Origin: Dipteris shenzhenensis
Lineage: Eukaryota
Length of the DNA stretch: 64,000 bases
Assembly: GCA_047967505.1 (NCBI GenBank)
Contig: CM106538.1
Strand: one strand, 5' to 3'
Each line of letters opens with the position of its first letter. The stretch's first letter is position 1. The translations under genes and the position numbers were made by a program. This document shows, in pieces, positions 60,791 to 64,000 of the stretch. Below the pieces are notes generated by a model that did not search any database, was not told the origin of the DNA, and saw only the letters and a program-made list of their open reading frames with translations.

Positions 60791-61264
60791 GTGGCCAAAC
60801 TATGTAGATTTTGCCATTGATATAGAAGAAAAAAATGTAGCTTATTTTTTGAACAACAAAATTGCTTTGAACTTTGAAATGATATGAGAAAACCTCAAAA
60901 AGTTATGGTTGATTCTTTATCTATGGAAAAACCAATCTAGAGCAGCAACTAGCTGAGGTAGAATGATGGCTAGAGAGGGAGATCCTAGGATTCATTTTGA
61001 GAGATATCAGCTTGATGGAAGCTCCAAGATGATTCCTAACCCCCTAGGCTGGGCCATGGAGCTCAGCCCAGCTAGATGTAGGAGAAAAGGATAAGAAACG
61101 GGCTCTAAACAGGCTAAAGGAGAGGGGTTGAAGGAGGAGGGGATGGTCACGTATCAGTAGAAAACTTTTATTTGTTCATTGCCTTTCAATGTGGCCTTTC
61201 AATCAACTTTGGTTTCCAACTTCTTTACTCACTCTTCTTTGAAGGACTTCATGATGCAATTTAA

Positions 61265-63500
61265 TGTGGGGGTTAAAGGTCACTATGCCTTTACCCCGGT
61301 TATGTACAATACTCAAACACATATAGAAATGAATGAAAAAGAAGATTAGGGTGGTTCTGCACCCACCAAAACTTGTGTGGCTCTCTGTTTCTCTCTCTCC
61401 CTCTTCCGTTCTTGCTTCCGTTGAGAGCACTCAACTGGTATCAGAGCCCGGGTGATCTAGCTGAGCGTGCGTGAATGCTTGGAAGCTCAACAGCTCTATG
61501 GGAGGAAATTAAAGCTCTGTGGGAAGCTTTGTGGGTGACTTTACTTGCATTCGAGTGTGTAGAGTCCTTGGAGGAACCTTTGGAAAAGTCACTTTGGCTT
61601 TACGAAGTGGTTTTGAGAGCCTGTTAAGTGTTTTCAAAGAAAAAGTCATTTTTGGAGCTTTTCCTTGTTCTATTCAATGACAGAGACTCCGTATTGACTT
61701 GTAGAGGCAACTATTGCTTGCTTTTGGTATCCACTTCACTTCAAGAGCTTGGAAACACTTTTATTCTTGAATCTAGGATCATTTCATTGGATTTCTGACT
61801 CACTGTTTCAATTCCTACGTTTTTCTGCCAGGTGTTGGAACTCAAGTTTGGAGCAACTATTTGCAGATCTGTCAGTTCCGGTGAACTCAGAAGGTCCTAA
61901 AACTTCTATGTTGCTCATCATTCGCACTCCGATGGAGTTTACAAACAGCTCTGTTTCCAAAAACGTTTTTCAGTCCGTGTGTTGGACCCAATGATTGAGA
62001 CCACAGTTTCCAAAACCGTCTGTCCCATTGCGTTCCGAATGCCCAAAAACCCCTATTTGTTAGTTCTTGTGTGATTCAGTGGAGTATTTTCAGAGTTATA
62101 GATCTCTGTGTATTTGATTTCGTCTCTCTGTTATGCATTTTTCATTCTAAGGTTTTGAAACCTTAGATTTATGCCACATGGCAGTGGATAAGTGTTGACT
62201 CCCATTTCTCACTCATCGGTTGGGATTTTGGAGTTCCGGCAGAAGAGAGATATTTGCAAATTTTCTTATTGAGTCTGATTATGCAATGGCACCCATGTTT
62301 TGAGGCATCTCTAGTTCTATTTTTAGTAGCGGTCTTTTTCGTGGGACCATGATTTCTTGAGCATATCTTATGGAGATCACTCTAGTTGTAGTTTGAGCCA
62401 TGTGCGCTCATTCATGGTGTGCATTGGGTTGTAGTGGATGATTTATAGGCCATTTGGATGCATTGAGATCCTTATTGGATGCGCTAATATGCCCAGATTG
62501 CCTTGTGGGATGCTATTTTTATGTATGCTTTGCACATGGATGCTATATTATGCTGAGGGACAGCTTTGACACATTGCAGGTGATGCACTAATAGTGTTAT
62601 GCTCTCTTGGATGAGATATTATTGATGCACATGCCCATGGACAGTGTTTATGCTTGAGCCATTTGGCACTTATTGGCATTTTGGATTGCCATTGCAGTTG
62701 GCATTTTCTTTTGAGCCAGATTTGCTCATATGGATGCATAGTAGATGCACATGAGTTAGCTGCATCTTTTGATGCTTTGAGCTTTGAGTTTTGGTGATAT
62801 TTCAGTCTATTGTGGCATACACATTTGGGTGCACCTGGTATTTGGTATGATTCTCTCTTGCAGGCACTAGTATTTGGGATTTTTCTTTATTTGCATCATG
62901 GCATCCTCTTCCATGTCTGAAAAGGAGTTTTTCAACGTTAAAAAGTTTGATGGGTCAAACTTTTCTTTGTGGAAAGAACAAATAAGGGATGTGCTTATTC
63001 AAAAGAAGCAGATTAAACCCTTGGCAGGGATTGAAGCTAAGCCTACAAATATGTCTAAGGATGATTGGAATGAGTTGGATGCATTAACAAAGTCTACTAT
63101 TAGACTTCATCTTGCAGAGTCAGTTTATTTCACAGTAGTAAATGAGCAGACTACGGAAGATTTGTGGAAGAAACTGTGTGCCAGTTATGAGAAGGAAACT
63201 ACCTCTAATAAAGTTTACCTCATGAAGAGGTTGTTTGAGCTACATATGAAGGAAGGGATCTCCATTGCTTCTCACTTGAATGAATTCAATATTATTTTCA
63301 GCCAGCTTCAGGCTCAGAAGATGAATTTTGATGCGGAGACTAAGGCAATATTTCTCTTATGTTCATTGCCATCCTCATGGGATACCTTCCGACAACTGTC
63401 AGTAACTCTGCACCTGGTGGAGTATTAAAATTTGATGATGTTGTGGGTAGCTTGTTGGCCGAGGAGATTAGATGGAAGTCTATGGATGGCAACAAGCAGG
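61265..63500 (+). mobile_element. Truncated Copia related to the intact element: 5' LTR 61265-61433, PBS 61436-61447, long leader, gag from 62898
   Basis: LTR start TGTGGGGGTTAAAGGTCAC resembles TGTTGGGGTAAAGGCAC; TCA-AC-TGGTATCAGAGC junction. Gag KKFDGSNFSLWKEQ...KVYLMKRLFELHMKEG..SHLNEFN..FLLCSLPSSWDTF is homologous to the gag at 26425; frameshifted and cut at about 63.5 kb. Confidence 0.9.
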
Positions 63501-64000
63501 TCCCGTCTATCTGCAAAAAGACCCAATTGAAAAGTGGCGGTCTTCCCATGGGAGACCCATAGTTCCCTCCCCTACGGGCCTAGCCACTCCTCTATCATAC
63601 TGAACATTTGCTGCCCCATCATCATATCAAATAGCGTGGAGGTCCACTACTCCTCCCCACTAGCTAAGAAATGAAACCCATAGAAGGGACGAGTGCGAGA
63701 GCTATAGACTCCTATGGAACCCCCATTTTGGGGTTGTAAAATTAGGACTGACACCTCCAGAGCAAGCAGGTATCTGTTCAGAATCTCTAGGTAGTTCCAC
63801 GGTCCTAGCCTCCAAAACTCTCTGGGAAGAGGATGACCAGAGCAGGGCTTAGGGTGTGGAAGCTAAGAAAAGGGCCCTGATGACCCTGACTATGAGGAGG
63901 CAGAGCCGGGGCTAGGTCATGTCGAAGAGTTCTCAGGCACCCCCTTGCCCATAGGCCGAGATGAGGAAGGGCGGGCAGGCAGGGTGGGAGGCGGGCGAGG
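63500..64000. mobile_element. LTR-like sequence truncating the Copia gag
   Basis: TGTAAAATT..GACACC..AGCAGG motif at about 63735 resembles the reverse complement of 40920-40954. Confidence 0.4.

Overview
Eukaryotic, TE-dense land-plant DNA. The nested LTR elements, TE-filled giant introns and element families suggest a fern-like genome, but that is inference. One intact host gene is visible: a SINAT1/SINAT2-type SINA RING E3 ubiquitin ligase on the minus strand (coding exons 34202-34408, 15560-15946, 14998-15318; 304 aa). Its 18.3-kb first coding intron holds a decayed hAT element, two nested LTR elements and a very young intact Ty1/Copia (identical 201-bp LTRs, TTAAC target-site duplication). 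The probable 5' UTR exons and promoter of the gene lie at about 34.6 kb and 43.0-43.5 kb, on either side of a Gypsy nest. The most unusual features are: (i) a decayed head-to-head pair of a BAH-domain-like gene and a divergent histone H3/CENH3-like gene at 3.9-6.0 kb among TE debris, possibly a mobile chromatin module; (ii) a decayed Helentron/Helitron2-type Rep-helicase with three tandem OTU domains (Cys/Ser/Cys) and a C-terminal AP endonuclease at 44.4-51.4 kb; (iii) gag-only non-autonomous LTR elements. The rest is Copia, Gypsy and LINE debris, microsatellites and an ankyrin pseudogene. All domain calls are by eye; no database searches were run.
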